Assembly: GCF_006345805.1 (NCBI RefSeq)
Contig: NC_043024.1
Location: forward strand, 3,162,001 to 3,226,000
Reading direction: 5' to 3'
Origin: Octopus sinensis
Lineage: Eukaryota
DNA length: 64,000 bases
The translations under genes and the position numbers were made by a program. Shown piece by piece: positions 22,887-36,037 of this stretch (the stretch's first letter is position 1; every line of letters starts with the position of its first letter). The notes below the pieces were generated by a model, which had not been told where the DNA came from, did not search any database, and saw only the letters and a program-made list of their open reading frames with translations.

Positions 22887-24167
22887 CGAGTGGTGTTCAA
22901 TAAGTAATGCCCCTGACCCACTTCCCATAGCAGTAGAGCAACGAAACTTGGCACAGTTATTAGTCTTTTTCTACATAGGAACCACCCAGAGTTACACATT
23001 TCTCCCATTGTTTGATGCAGCTCTGGAGACCGTTTTTGTAGAAGACCCCAGCTTGGTCCTCCAACCTGAACGTGACTTCAGAAATCAAGGCTGCATCATC
23101 TGGGAAATGCTTTCCTTTCAAAAACAACTTCATGACTGGGAAGAGGTGAAAATCAAGGTCAGGAAAGTATGGGGATGGGGGAGGAGTTCATAGCCATACA
23201 CCTGTGCTTCTGATCTGGCGACAAGCGAGTTGTGGACCGGAGTGTTGTCCTGCAGGAGGAGGATGCCTTTGCTGATCTTGACCTGCCTCTTGATTTTGAT
23301 AACTTCTCTTAATTTCCCCAAAAGTGAAGCATAATAAGCTCCTGCAATTGTGGTACTCTTTGCCAGGAAATCTGTCATCACTACTCCGTCCTGGTCCCAG
23401 AAGACTGTGAGCATGACCTTGCCAGCGGAGGGCTGCACCCTTGCCTTCTTTGGAGGGGGTGAGTCACGGTGCTTCCACTGCATTGACTGGGCTTTGGTCT
23501 CTGGATCATCGTGATGGACCCAGGTTTCATCCTGTGTAATCAATCTTTTGAAAAATTTTGATTCATCTTCTTGGCACATCTCCAAATTCACCCTCGAGCA
23601 CTCGACGCATTCTTGCTTCTGGGAAGGTGTGAGCAACCTGGGAATCCATCTGGCAGACACCTTTTGCATATGCAAATGGTCATGAATGATAGTTTCCACA
23701 GACCCGGTACTAATCTTGACCTCATGGGCTATTTGGCGAATAATTATGCGTCGATCTTCCAAAATGGCAGCCTCAACTTGACAGACAGATGCCTCATCAA
23801 TGGCAGAAGGGGTGACCAGATCTGGGAGCTGTTTCCACAGAGTTCCGACCATGTTTGAATTCATGATGCCAGCGTTTTACAAGGTCATATGATGGGGCAT
23901 CATCACCATAAGTTACTTTCATTTCATCAAAAGTCTCCCGTGGTGTGCATCCTTTCAAATACAAAAACCGGATCACTGCTCGACACTCAACAGGCTCCAT
24001 TTCACACTTGACTCGGTTCAAACACCTGTAAATCAGAAACCACAATTAATTCAGAGCTGTAATTTGCCACTTACTCTATAGAGATATAAATGATTGCACA
24101 TGCAAAATTTCAGCTAGATCAAACAACTGCAAGTGGGTCAGAGGCATTACTTATTGAACGTCCCTTG
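22887..24167 (-). mobile_element. Full-length mariner (irritans-like), 1281 bp, frameshifted transposase
   Basis: TA-flanked TIRs (CGAGTGGTGTTCAATAAGTAATGCCCCTGACCCACT and its inverse); MEPVECRAVIRFL..RSG.P, WIPRLLT, TQDETWVH, QDNTPVH, LPHP. Confidence 0.95.
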
Positions 24168-24600
24168 TACATCTGGTGAAATATTCAGGTTATGTGTACA
24201 GAGAATTGAACCCTTACAAGTATTTAGTGCCTAGGGACTGGCCCAAAGCATACATTGTATTGGTCACACAGTGTTTGGTATGCCCCAGGATGTCCGACAG
24301 GTCAAGAATCCCTTTTGGTGTATTATAAGCTAATAAATAAATAACAAACGATGTTCATTACAGCTGTTTCTAACACATTTTTAATAGATCAATGAGAATG
24401 TTACATCATAGTAAAAAACTGTTTTCATCAGATGATACATAGAATTTCAAACAATAGCAGAACAATCCATAAACACAGTAGGAACATGGCTATGATGTAA
24501 TGTAGTCATTCATCTATTAAAAAATGTGTTAGAAACAGCTGTAATAAACTAACATTCATCCATCATTTGTTATTTGTTTGTTTGTGTGTGTGTGTGTGTG

Positions 24601-24654
<54 letters not shown>

Positions 24655-25295
24655 GTGTTCAAGAGTTCAAGGTCAATCTATGTCAAGCAGCTTTACTCCA
24701 CATGCTTTAGCTTCGTTACAATGGCAACAGTCCGGATACTTATTGATCAGACGTCGCATATACATATAAAACAAGTGGTAAAAGGGATTAATAAATCCAG
24801 GCAGTTAAAACTTCAAATTTCCGCACTAAGGCACGGTTTTTATGCCCCATGGTCGTAACTTCAACCGTGCTTTTTCTGTTGTGAAATAAGTATCCGGACT
24901 GTTACCATAGAAACAAAGCTAAAGCATGCAGAATAAAAGATGCTTGGCACAGATTGACTTTGAACTCTACTGTGCATGTGCACTAAGTTTTGACGTTCTA
25001 GCTCACTTCCACCGTTTACACCATTGCTTAGAAGGAAGGTATGTAGCATGTGATTGTTGCATTGACCATGCTACACACCATCCTTCCAAGCACTGCTGTA
25101 AAAAGCAGAAGTGAGCTAGAATGTTAAAACTTAGGGCACATACACAGCAGAGTTCAAGGTCAATCTATGTCAAGCAGCTTTACTCCACATACTTTAGCTT
25201 CGTTACAATGGCAACAGTCCGGATACTTATTGATCAGACGTCACATATACATATAAAACAAGTGGTAAAAGGGATTAATAAATCCAGGCAGATAT
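24655..25295. repeat. Direct (24660-24800 / 25150-25290) plus inverted (24885-24990) repeat cluster, PLE-terminus-like
   Basis: Direct reading; includes a hairpin homologous to 14095-14135. Confidence 0.7.
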
Positions 25296-25855
25296 CTCAA
25301 AAGCATTTAGTGTTAAGAAAACTTGGTTATATTCATCAAACAATCAGATACCAATAAATTTAAATAGAAGTAATATCCAAGGTAATTCCTCATGTATGAC
25401 AAGCAGATCAAAATATTGCTTCAAAGAATTTCAAGAAATGTGGAGCATATGACAATCTGAACAATTGATGATTGCACCATACATTTCCAATGATTGCTTT
25501 TATTGTTTCTATTTATAAATAGAAAAAAATATACTAAACACCAGTCAAACGAACATATCTGAAAACTTATGCCAACACAATGTTATCGAGGTAATACAAA
25601 ACAGATTAAATTCAAAGTGAAATGAGATGATATCTCTAATACATGAACACGTACAAAAAGGACATTTACAAGAAATATAATAGTCTAAGAAAAGCCAGTT
25701 TAGTATTTAAAATTATGATGATGTTGGTAAATAATGAAAAAATAAAAAGTAAACATAGACATGCTACATCACGACCTTTAGTTATGCAGTTCTTAACATA
25801 TGCTGAAAACATTTAGAAAGATTATGCTTATTAGATTTTAAGAAAACAACTATAG

Positions 25856-26300
25856 TTATTTAGTATTGAAATACTTAAATGTTCTTTTATATTTATTGGA
25901 ACATTTCAATGTAAGATTGTTTCTGCTATTTAATAATTTTAATTTAGAAGTAATTATATAATACATTTCCTCTAGGCATAGAGCACATTTAAAATTACTA
26001 GTATTGTATGATGGAGTATAACTAATAATGGACCACTTTTTATTATAGTTAATATTCCTCATATTCAAATTTCAAATGCATTTACTACGATTCGTAAAAT
26101 TACATTTTCTTCTAAACTTAAGTGAAGAATAAAGAATGGTTATGTAATCTAGATTTCCAAATTGTAGCAGAAGAACCTATGTGATAGTATGTACGATCCC
26201 CAGCAATTATCTAAGATTGATATACTTTATTCATCCTTAAACACTGATTTTCTAAAGGACACATAATTTTGTTTATGACATTATATCAGTATTTATTCAC
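25856..26300 (-). pseudogene. Decayed PLE GIY-YIG C-terminus
   Basis: WSIISYTPSYN..KCALCLEEMYYI..LLNSR..LKC is homologous in pattern to 12653-13375. Confidence 0.7.
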
Positions 26301-27044
26301 TCATATGTAGCACTCATGGTTAAAGGAACTAGTACCAATTCTACTCACAGAATTAGGTGTTAAACCAGATTTATTAGCAGTATTATAATCAATATTATTT
26401 TTAGGTGTTATCATAAAGGATCTATCAATTTCACAGTTGAAGGCACCTTCACCTAAAGTATCAAAAACTAGTTCAAGAAAATTATTATAAGAGTTTATAT
26501 CACAACTGAATAAATTTAGTACATTTTTTTATCCAATGAACCAAAAAATTACTTTCAAGGAATTAAGCCATAAACATAAATTAACACAACCACTAATGTT
26601 CCTCAGAAATTCTTTGCTGCACTATCAGTTCTGACCATCATTACTAATTTTCAGTTGAGAAACTGCCTAATTTTACTTTTGTTACGTTCTGCTCTAATTT
26701 CAGCCAAAATTCTGGTGGTTGGATAGGAAAATTTTACTCTATGGTGATTAGATAATTTCCTGTACTTACTTGAAGGTGGGAAATATTTATCCAGTGCAGC
26801 AAAGAATTTCTAAGGAATATTGGTTGTTAGGTAAGATGAAAATGGTGCATTATACCAGATAATGTTCCTTTTGATTTAGCTTTCTATTAATTACATATAC
26901 TTTTTTTGTAATATTAACATAATCTGCATGTTTATAATTCTTAATTTCAAAATTAGATGATCTGGCATAATTCTTATGTTTAAAGTTATTCATATCTATA
27001 GATTCTTTTTTGTCATTATTATTGTTGTTGTTGTTATTATTATT

Positions 27045-27488
27045 AAGGCAGTGAGCTGGCAGAATCATTATCATGCAGGATGAAATTCTGAGTGGTATTT
27101 CACCCATCACTATGTTCTGAGTTCAAATTCCGCCAAGGTGAACTTTGCCTTTCATCCTTTCAGTGTTGAAAAATTAAGTACCAATGGAGCACTGGGGTTG
27201 ATATAATCCACTCACCCCCGCCCCTAAAATTGTTGCTCTTGTGGTCAAATTTGAAACCATTATTATTGTTATTTGTTATTATAAAGGTGGCGAGGGAGCA
27301 GAACTATTAGCAGACCAGGCAAAATGCTTAGTAGCATTTTGTCTGTCTTTATATACTGAGTTCAAATTCTGCCAAGTTGAACTTTGTCTTTCATCCTTTC
27401 CGGGTTGATAAATTAAGCACCAATTGAACCCTGGGGTCAATGTAATTGACTCATCTCCTCCCCTAAAATTGCTGCCCTTGTGGCAAAC

Positions 27489-27548
<60 letters not shown>

Positions 27549-28095
27549 CATTGCTGTTGTTGTTGTTGTTATTGTTATTATTAAGGTGATGAACTGGCAG
27601 AATTGTTAGCACCGAGTTCAAATTCTGCTAAGGTTAAATTTGCCTTTCATCCTTTCAGGGTCCATAAATTAAGTACCAGTGGTATAAGTACAAGTTTTAT
27701 AGAAGTACCAGTTATATAAGTGTATAAGTACCAGTTGTATACTAGGGTTGATATAATCGACTTGCCCCTCCCCCAGAAATTTCAGGCCTTTTGCCTTTAG
27801 TAGAAAGGATTATTATTATTATTAAACTGTAACCCAACCATACTTTTAGTTTCTTCAGAGTTACGTCTATGTTTATGTTTATAATAAGGTGGCAAAATGG
27901 CAGAATCATTAGCACACTGGGAAAATGCTAAGTGGTATTTCGTCCATTTTCTCATTTTGTGTTCAAATTCTGCTAAAGTTGTCTTTCATCCGATAAAATA
28001 AGTACCAGTTGAACATTTGGATACAAATATGTAATCAATGTAATCAACTTACCCTCTTCCTCTGAAATTGCTGGTCTTGTGCCAAAATTTGAAAT
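27045..28095 (+). mobile_element. Cluster of four SINE family B copies with (ATT)n spacers
   Basis: Repeated AAGGTGGCGAGCTGGCAGAATC...GAGTTCAAATTCTGCCAAGG heads. Confidence 0.85.
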
Positions 28096-28212
28096 AAATA
28101 TCAACATGTTTATTTCCAGTCTTATTTGCATCATTATTCTTGCTATTATTCAGCTTACTTAAATAAATTTGCTTGATGTATTTATCTTTATGGCATTCTC
28201 AATCAAGGATCA

Positions 28213-28760
28213 TCATATTTTATTTCCTATCATTGCCAGGAATTTTATGAGCATTTTGATTCTGAATATAGTAAATTTTGTCATACACAGCTTCAGATAA
28301 TGCATGGTTATAGTACTTTTCATTTTATACAAATACATCCTCATTAGCAGGAAACCTCGAAATACAAGTTGGTAGACTTTTAATGATAGAATTTCTGATG
28401 TATCTAGGATGATTAGAATTTTTATTTTTAAGCATCCATTTGGTTTATGACACAGTTGGTATAGTCCTGTACTTAAATCCAGAGTAACGTCAAGGAAGTT
28501 AACCTTAATATATTCATTTTCTTTGGAAATAGACAGACCAAGACACTTAAAGAATTTAAAAAGATTTTTCCAACACCTTTCAAAATTAACCTTACTAGAT
28601 CTACGGATAATGAAAAGAGTGCTGTCCCTAAACAATCCACCCCATAATTCAGGAAATTCAATATGTATACAGTTCATACAGAAAAACATTTAAGCAGTAA
28701 CTAACACCTTAATTATATTCACATACTTTAAGCACTCATTCAGTTTATGACATAGTTGGT
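28213..28760 (-). pseudogene. Decayed PLE reverse transcriptase fragment
   Basis: GLFRDSTL (degenerate YRDD motif)...FK.LGL.I..VNFLDVTLDL..G.Y...KPN. Confidence 0.75.
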
Positions 28761-29189
28761 ATAATCCTGTACTTTTGTGATTTTGAATTGTTATTGAGAT
28801 GTTCAAAATGTTTTATTCACCTGATGGAAATGTTTTTTTTTGTTGCATGATGTAATACTTCTATTCATCAATAAAAAAACACATCTGAAACAGCCTTAGT
28901 GAATCACAATCCATCTGTTGTTATTTGTTTATCATTCACCTCACCCAAAACCTGCAATTCACTAGGATCTGGAGTCTATTCAGTGCAGTGTAACAAGTGC
29001 AGTATTTGTACCCATGTGTGACCTTGAGGAGTTGTATATTCAGTCAGTGATTTATGACTGTATGAATAACTGGAGTATACTCACATTTACTTTAGTAAGT
29101 ACGTATTTGTCTTCAAATATTGTTTGTACTCAATATCATCAACCCGACCATGGTGCTTTACTAGTTAAGGACTTGATTTACTTGAACTC

Positions 29190-29605
29190 TTAAGGCTGTG
29201 TGGTAAGTAGCTTGCTTACCAACCACATGGTTCCGGGTTCAGTTCCACTGCATGGCACCTAGGGCAAGTGTCTTCTACTATAGCCTCGGGTTGACCAAAG
29301 CCTTGTGAGTGGATTTGGTAGACAGAAACTGAAAGAAGACCGTCTTATATATTTGTATATATATATATATATATATATGTACTCGTGTGTATATCTGTGT
29401 GTGTCTGTGTTTATCCCCCAACATCGCTTGACAACCGATGCTGGTGTGTTTACATCCCTGTAACTTAGCGGTTCAGCAAAAGAGACCCATAGAATAAGTA
29501 CTAGGATCACAAATAATAAGTCCTGGGGTCAATTTGCTCGACTAAAGCTGGTGGTCCAGCATGGCCACAGTCAAATTACTGAAACAAGTAAAAGAGTAAA
29601 AGAAT
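29190..29605 (+). mobile_element. SINE family A, full composite copy
   Basis: tRNA-like head, (TA)n(TG)n linker, tail ending GAAACAAGTAAAAGAGTAAAAGA. Confidence 0.92.
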
Positions 29606-29679
29606 ATGTATGCATGCATGTATATATATATGTGTGTGTGTGTATTTATGAATGTGCATATATATATATATATAAATAT

Positions 29680-29925
29680 ATGTATAAGGGTGGAAAGGAA
29701 CACACGAGTTGATATATATGAAAAAACAAGTCAAAAATAGAAAATGCTAAGATGATTTTATAGTGAATCTTTCAGTACCGGTTTCGGTCATTTTGAGACC
29801 TTTTCAACTGTAACGATTAAATAATTAAATTTAGAAAAATTAGAAGAAAAGTTTTTTTAAAAGAATATTTCTGGAGTAGTGTTCAGATATAAGTAGCATT
29901 CTGCCTTTCTCTGACTCCCTTATAC
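29680..29925 (-). mobile_element. PLE pseudo-LTR fragment within (TA)n
   Basis: Contains the hammerhead at 29771-29812; no ORF. Confidence 0.6.
29771..29812 (-). ncRNA. Minimal type I hammerhead, U3:A8 variant
   Basis: Minus strand: TACAG-TTGAAAA-GGTC(TCAAAAT)GACC-GAAACCGGTA-CTGAA. Confidence 0.7.
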
Positions 29926-29942
29926 ATATATACATATATATA

Positions 29943-29995
<53 letters not shown>

Positions 29996-30400
29996 TGATT
30001 GATTGATTGATTCTAGTTTCAGCTTATGAGCTGTGGCCATGCTGGGGCACCGCCATTTGGTGTTGCTACTTGGTTTCACTTCATGGAGGCTTTCTAGCAA
30101 CTGCTATTTGGTGCATGAGAGAGTTCGATGCAGCTGCCTCATCTGCCCCTCCTGCCGTGAAGTTGGTTCATCTGGGACACCTGACAGGAAGAGATCCAGC
30201 TTCATTTTAAAGACATCTGTATCCACCCCATGCAGGTCTCTCAGGTTCTTCGGGAGGATATTGAAGAGCTGTGGGCCTCGGAAGCCCAGGCTATCACAGA
30301 ATCTTGTCCTACATCTTGATGGCAGGTTTGGAGTCCTAGGCACCACGCAGTGGCGCCCAGTTCTGGCATTTGCGTAACTCTCGATGCCAAAGTTCAGGAC
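29996..30400 (-). mobile_element. CR1/L2-group LINE 3' end
   Basis: FRGPQLFNILPKNLR..FKMKLDLFL.GVPDEP, then a 3'UTR ending (AATC)n. Confidence 0.8.
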
Positions 30401-30652
30401 ATATTAAATTAGAGATAAAAAAACCACCATTAGGCAAATCAAACAGTGAAAAACATAAGCCAATACATAAAATTAATTTAAAAATATAGAAGTTAAAATT
30501 TAAAAAATTATTTAAATAATTTAATCTTATAAATTTTAAATATATATATATATACAAATATATATATATGTATGTATATTTTTATATTTATATATTATTT
30601 TATTTATTAATTATTAATTAATTAAAAAAATTTTTTTAATATATATATATAC

Positions 30653-30683
<31 letters not shown>

Positions 30684-30774
30684 CATATACATATACATAT
30701 ATACATAATATATATATATATATATACATACATACATATATACACACATGTGTATGTATATATATATATATATA

Positions 30775-31830
30775 TAAGTAAAAGGCAGACTGTATGATGC
30801 ATGTGTACGAACAGCTATGCTACATGGCAGTGAAACATGGGCCGTGACTGCTGAGGACATGCGTAAGCTCATGAGGAACGAAGCCAGTATGCTCCGATGG
30901 ATGTGTAATGTCAGTGTACTTACTCGACAGAGCGTTAGTACCTTGAGAGAAATGTTGTACCTAAGAAGCATCAGTTGTGGTGTGCAAGAGAGACGATTGC
31001 GCTGGTATGGTCATGTGGCGAGAATGGATGAAGATAGGTGTGTGAGAAAGTGCCAATCCCTAGCAGTTGAGGGAACCCGTGGAAGAGGTAGACCCAGGAA
31101 AACCTGGGACGAGGTGGTGAAGCATGACCTTCGGACGTTAGGTCTCACCATGGAAATGACTAGAGACTGAGACTTATGGAAGTATGCTGTGCGTGAGAAG
31201 ACCCGGCAAGACTAGTGAAACCAAAACCCGTGGCCCCTACCTGGGACGTAGTCAGTCCACCTGTGCATACCTTCCTTCTTGTGACTTTTGTGAAGACCTG
31301 TTGAGGCAAGTGAGAATCGAATCAAATCAAATCAAATCGAACCAAATCAAAATAGATGAACATCAATGGAATTTGTATCCTTGTGGTACCAGTGCCGGTG
31401 GCACATAAGAAAACCATCCGAACGTGACCGTAGCCAGTACCGCAACGACTGGCCTCCGTGCTGAGGGCATGTAACAAACACCATCCGAGCGTGGCCATCC
31501 GCCAGCCTCGTCTGGCACCTGTGTTGGTGACACATAAGAAAACACCATCCGAGCATGGCCGTCAGCCAGCCTCGTCTGGCACCTGTGTCGGTGGCACATA
31601 AAAAACACCATCCGAGCGTGGCCGTCTGCCAGCCTCGTCTGGCACCTGTGTCGGTGGCACATAAAATCACCCACTACACCCTCGGAGTGGTTGGCGTTAG
31701 GAAGGGCATCCAGCTGTAGAAACACTGCCAGATCTGACTGGCCTGGTGCAGCCTTCAGGCTTGCCAGACCCCAGTTGAACCGTCCAACCCATGCTAGCAT
31801 GGAAAGCGGACGTTAAACGATGATGATGAT
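30775..31830 (+). mobile_element. RTE LINE 3' end with long 3'UTR and (GAT)n tail
   Basis: MLHGSETWA..MLRWMCNV..RLRWYGHV.RM..GRGRPRKTW; the 3'UTR carries a ~63-bp tandem array. Confidence 0.92.
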
Positions 31831-31863
31831 GATGACGATATACATACATACATATATACACAC

Positions 31864-32370
<507 letters not shown>

Positions 32371-32421
32371 AGAAAAAAATATACATATATAAATATGTAT
32401 GTATGTGTGTGCATATATATG

Positions 32422-32954
32422 CAGTAGTGCCTTGATATACAAGTTAAGTTGTTCTTCTTGGACACATCTCATAAAGTAGAGCAATAATTTCCCATAATAG
32501 CAATGTTATAAACTGTAATTCATTCCTAGAAATATATTTCATCTATAAAATTTATAATACTCGTAAATAAATAGCAATAAAACAACAGTAGAATGTAAAA
32601 GATATTTTATGTAAAGTAAAAAGAATGTCAAGATCATTTATGACAAAAAATATTATTATTATTATCGTTTTCTGAATCACTTTCACTCACACTAGACTCA
32701 CATACCCATTCACTTGTAGATGCGATTGCTAAATCACAAGCACTCGTAGACGGACTTGTAGATTTCTTTTTAAAAAACATGTCTACAGTTGTGTGCTTAG
32801 AAGGAGCTTTTTATTTTGCTCTCTATAAATTTCTCAGTAACACACAGAAGCATTTGCTATGGTAATAGAAACTTCTGCACTTCATTCAAGATTTGGTCCT
32901 TGTGCTTGAAAAATAAATTTGTAAAGCGGTTCCTTGTAAAGTGAGGTGTTACTC
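32422..32954 (-). mobile_element. Internally deleted Tigger/pogo-like element
   Basis: Termini CAGTAGTGCCT / (rc) GAGTAACACCT; minus-strand ERSAEV..NA..CY*EIY..KK..HTTVDMFFKK resembles a pogo transposase C-terminus. Confidence 0.55.
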
Positions 32955-32973
32955 TATATATATATGTATATAA

Positions 32974-33004
<31 letters not shown>

Positions 33005-33083
33005 TGTATGTATGTATGTATGTATGTATGTGTGTGTGTGTGTCTGTGTGTATATTTATATACACCATGATAGAATAAAGCCA

Positions 33084-33295
33084 TGATAGATCGTTAGCTC
33101 CTACATGCATTTTTTTCTCTCCTTGTTTCTCTCCTTGTTTTTTTTTCTGTGTATCTTTCTGTCGAAGAGCGTAGGCTCGAAACGTAAAAGACTTGTTCTA
33201 TTTCTATTCCTGAGCGCCATACTAATACATTTGTTTGTTTGTACTCCACCTGCCTTTGTCTTTTGTTTATTTTCATAAACCTTCCCGTTATATAT
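33084..33295 (+). mobile_element. PLE pseudo-LTR-like fragment with hammerhead-like motif
   Basis: Motif at 33154-33191; inverse copy at 17200-17380. Confidence 0.65.
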
Positions 33296-33744
33296 ATATG
33301 TAGCAAATAAATAACAATGATATCAAGGTATTAGTGCATTACAGCTGTTTCAGGCAGCTCCATTTAATCAATCAATGCAAGCATTACATCAATTTGAAAT
33401 GCACCTCCTTCCTCAGACGCATAAGACCATAAAGGTTTTCAACATACAGGATACCCCATTCTAATTTTTTAGCAAATTTTTCATCACAACTAGAGAATAA
33501 AAGAATTATATGCCTGTTGCTATTATTGCAGCAGAATGAACTTAGGGAGAAGATACCCCGACTTTAATTTGGAATGGCAGGAAAGAATAACAATGGGGGT
33601 CATGAGCTGCTAATATAGCTACGTTTATCAATCTCATTATCACCATCAAAAGATCCAATGCAGCTAGCATTCTACTTACACTAAGAATTAAAAACATTGG
33701 GAATTCATAGTTAAGTTCTAGCTACCAATAAATTAATTCATCAT

Positions 33745-34080
33745 CATCATCATCGTCATCATTTAACGTCCGTTTTCCAAGCTGGTATGGGTTGGACGGT
33801 TTGACTGGGGTCTGGCAAGCCAGGAGGCTGCACCAGGCTCCAATCTGATCTGGCAGTGTTTCTACTGCTGGATGTCAATGACAACCACTCTGAGAGTCTG
33901 GGTGCTTTTTATCTGTCACTGGCACACTTTTTACATGCCACCAGCATGGGAGCCAGTCAAGCGGTGCTGGCATTGACCACGTTCAGATGGTGCTTTTTAT
34001 GTGCCACCAGTACAGGTACCAGTTGGGATGAGGGGGCTGGCATTGACCACGTTTGGATGGTGCTTTTTATGTGCCACCGG
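33745..34080 (-). mobile_element. RTE 3'UTR fragment
   Basis: (CAT)n TTTAACGTCCG..., same family as 30775-31830. Confidence 0.85.
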
Positions 34081-34386
34081 TATGTAAAAATTGAATAAAT
34101 TTATTTTTAATTCATAATTTTTAATCTTTAATTCTTTAATGCTTAATTGTATTGCTTATTTTTAAAGGGATGTAAAATTATATATATAATATTTTGAAAT
34201 AGAACCTGAGGATGTGTTGGAATAATTGTAAATCTGACGATTGCATATATGTGTTTATATATGTATATATATGGGTATAAAGTCATGTATATGTATATAT
34301 ATTGTAATCTTCCAATACTAAAGCACGTGTAGTTCCTTCATCATCATCATCATTTAACGTCCGTTCTCCATGCTAGCATGGGTTAG

Positions 34387-34750
34387 AATGTCTGTCTGTC
34401 TGTGTGAATCCCTAAAACTTGAGAACTACACAAACAATTTCATTCAAATTTTACACATGCCTTACTTAGTGTCATGGACAAAAAAATTTTAACTTCTTGC
34501 CTAGGGCGAACCCACAGCAATATCATATCTTCTCCACTATTTCAGTATTACGTGTTAAAAGTGAAACAAAAACATCTCTCTATTGTAATGTCAGATACTT
34601 TCACTTTAATACTGAAACTATTAAAGTCAATTATATAAAAGGGATGAACCATTAACAGTGGACATCCATTTTGCTAGAAGATCCGCTATGGTCTTATATG
34701 CTACACCACTGGTTTTCAATTCATATTAATCAAATTAATATTCAATTTTT
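34387..34750 (+). mobile_element. Non-autonomous Helitron-like repeat (family H1)
   Basis: GAATGTCTGTCTG..CCCTAAAACTTGAGAACTACAC is shared with 58465-58742 and 59391-60271. Confidence 0.6.
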
Positions 34751-34779
34751 CACCCTTATTATTTTAAATTTAAATTTAC

Positions 34780-34824
<45 letters not shown>

Positions 34825-34911
34825 TGTATAAATCCTTAAATCCTTAAAAATGTTTTAGCCCGAAGGCTAAATGTATATATATATAGATGTATATATATGG
34901 ATGTATATATA

Positions 34912-35994
34912 TCTGCATATATATAAGGCAAGATGTGTGTGTGTGTGTGTACGTGATTGTAGTTTATGCACATCCACAAATTAGCACAAATGTCGCTCAA
35001 ATTTCAGGAGTACATTCGCCCACACCCTATCTGGGTTTTGTCAACTTATTTTTTTACCAAGGCACACGTGGATAGTAGCAAAAATCTATTTTCAGCCATA
35101 GCTTTTAGCAGTAAAATCTATTTTCAGGCGTAGCTTTTTGACGGCGTCTAACAAAAAAAAAACAAGATAAAGAAAAGTGAAAGAGGGGCAGAGAGTTTCA
35201 AGGGAAAGACAAAGTGAAACAGGGAGAGAGAAAGAGTAAGTGACGATGTTCATAAAAAATAATATGTAAAATGTTTTGTTTTTTCTTAAACACGAGATAT
35301 AGTGTTCAAATTCAGGATGTTTTTGAAAGACACTATACTTTATAATCATAGTATATATACTTTCTCACACAACAATTACAATATATTTATTTTAAATCAT
35401 TTATTTATTTTAAATCGTTCACCTTTCTCCCCTCTCTCTCTCTCTTTGGGTGCGAAAGAGTTTTGTTTTTATTTTACACCAAGTAAAAAAGTGTTTTGTT
35501 GAGCATCCATTTATTTAACAGCAAAGAAACAAAGAAGTGAGTAACAAATTGTAAGTGAATGGGTACAATTTCTGAGGCTTCCACCACACCCCACTCCATT
35601 TCACAGACCACAAAAAGGGTTTTGTAGCATATTAGGAGGCCAGAGTAGTTGATTCCACGCAAAAAAAAAACGATTTGTTTTTTGTGAAAATCGTGCGAGT
35701 GTTAATCTACAAATTTAACAACATTTTTCCATTCATTTCTGTTTATGAACATGTATGCATGCACAAAACATGCAATAGGTGTACGTACGTACATGTGTGT
35801 TCGTGTCTGTTGCCCATATATATTTATATTATATTATATTATATATAATATATATTATATATATATATAATATATATGTAATATAACCAATTTCAATGGA
35901 TTTCACCCAAATTTGACGTTTGGTTTGAAATAAAGAACTTGATTAGCTTAATAATCGTAACTTAATCCCGGGCAAGGCTAGGTTATACTGCTAG
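34912..35994 (+). mobile_element. Candidate non-autonomous Helitron
   Basis: A|TC...TATATATAA plus microsatellite at the 5' end; CCCGGGCAAGGCTAGG then CTAG|T at the 3' end. Confidence 0.55.
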
Positions 35995-36037
35995 TATATA
36001 TATATATATATGTCTATATATATATATATATATATTA

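Noticed and set aside
31390-31675. CRISPR-like array or tandem HDV-like ribozymes
   Set aside because: The units are whole-length tandem repeats in an RTE 3'UTR with no unique spacers or cas genes. The CCTCGT loop resembles HDV L3, but a 3-nt gap before the putative P1 strand and no clear P2 break the fold.
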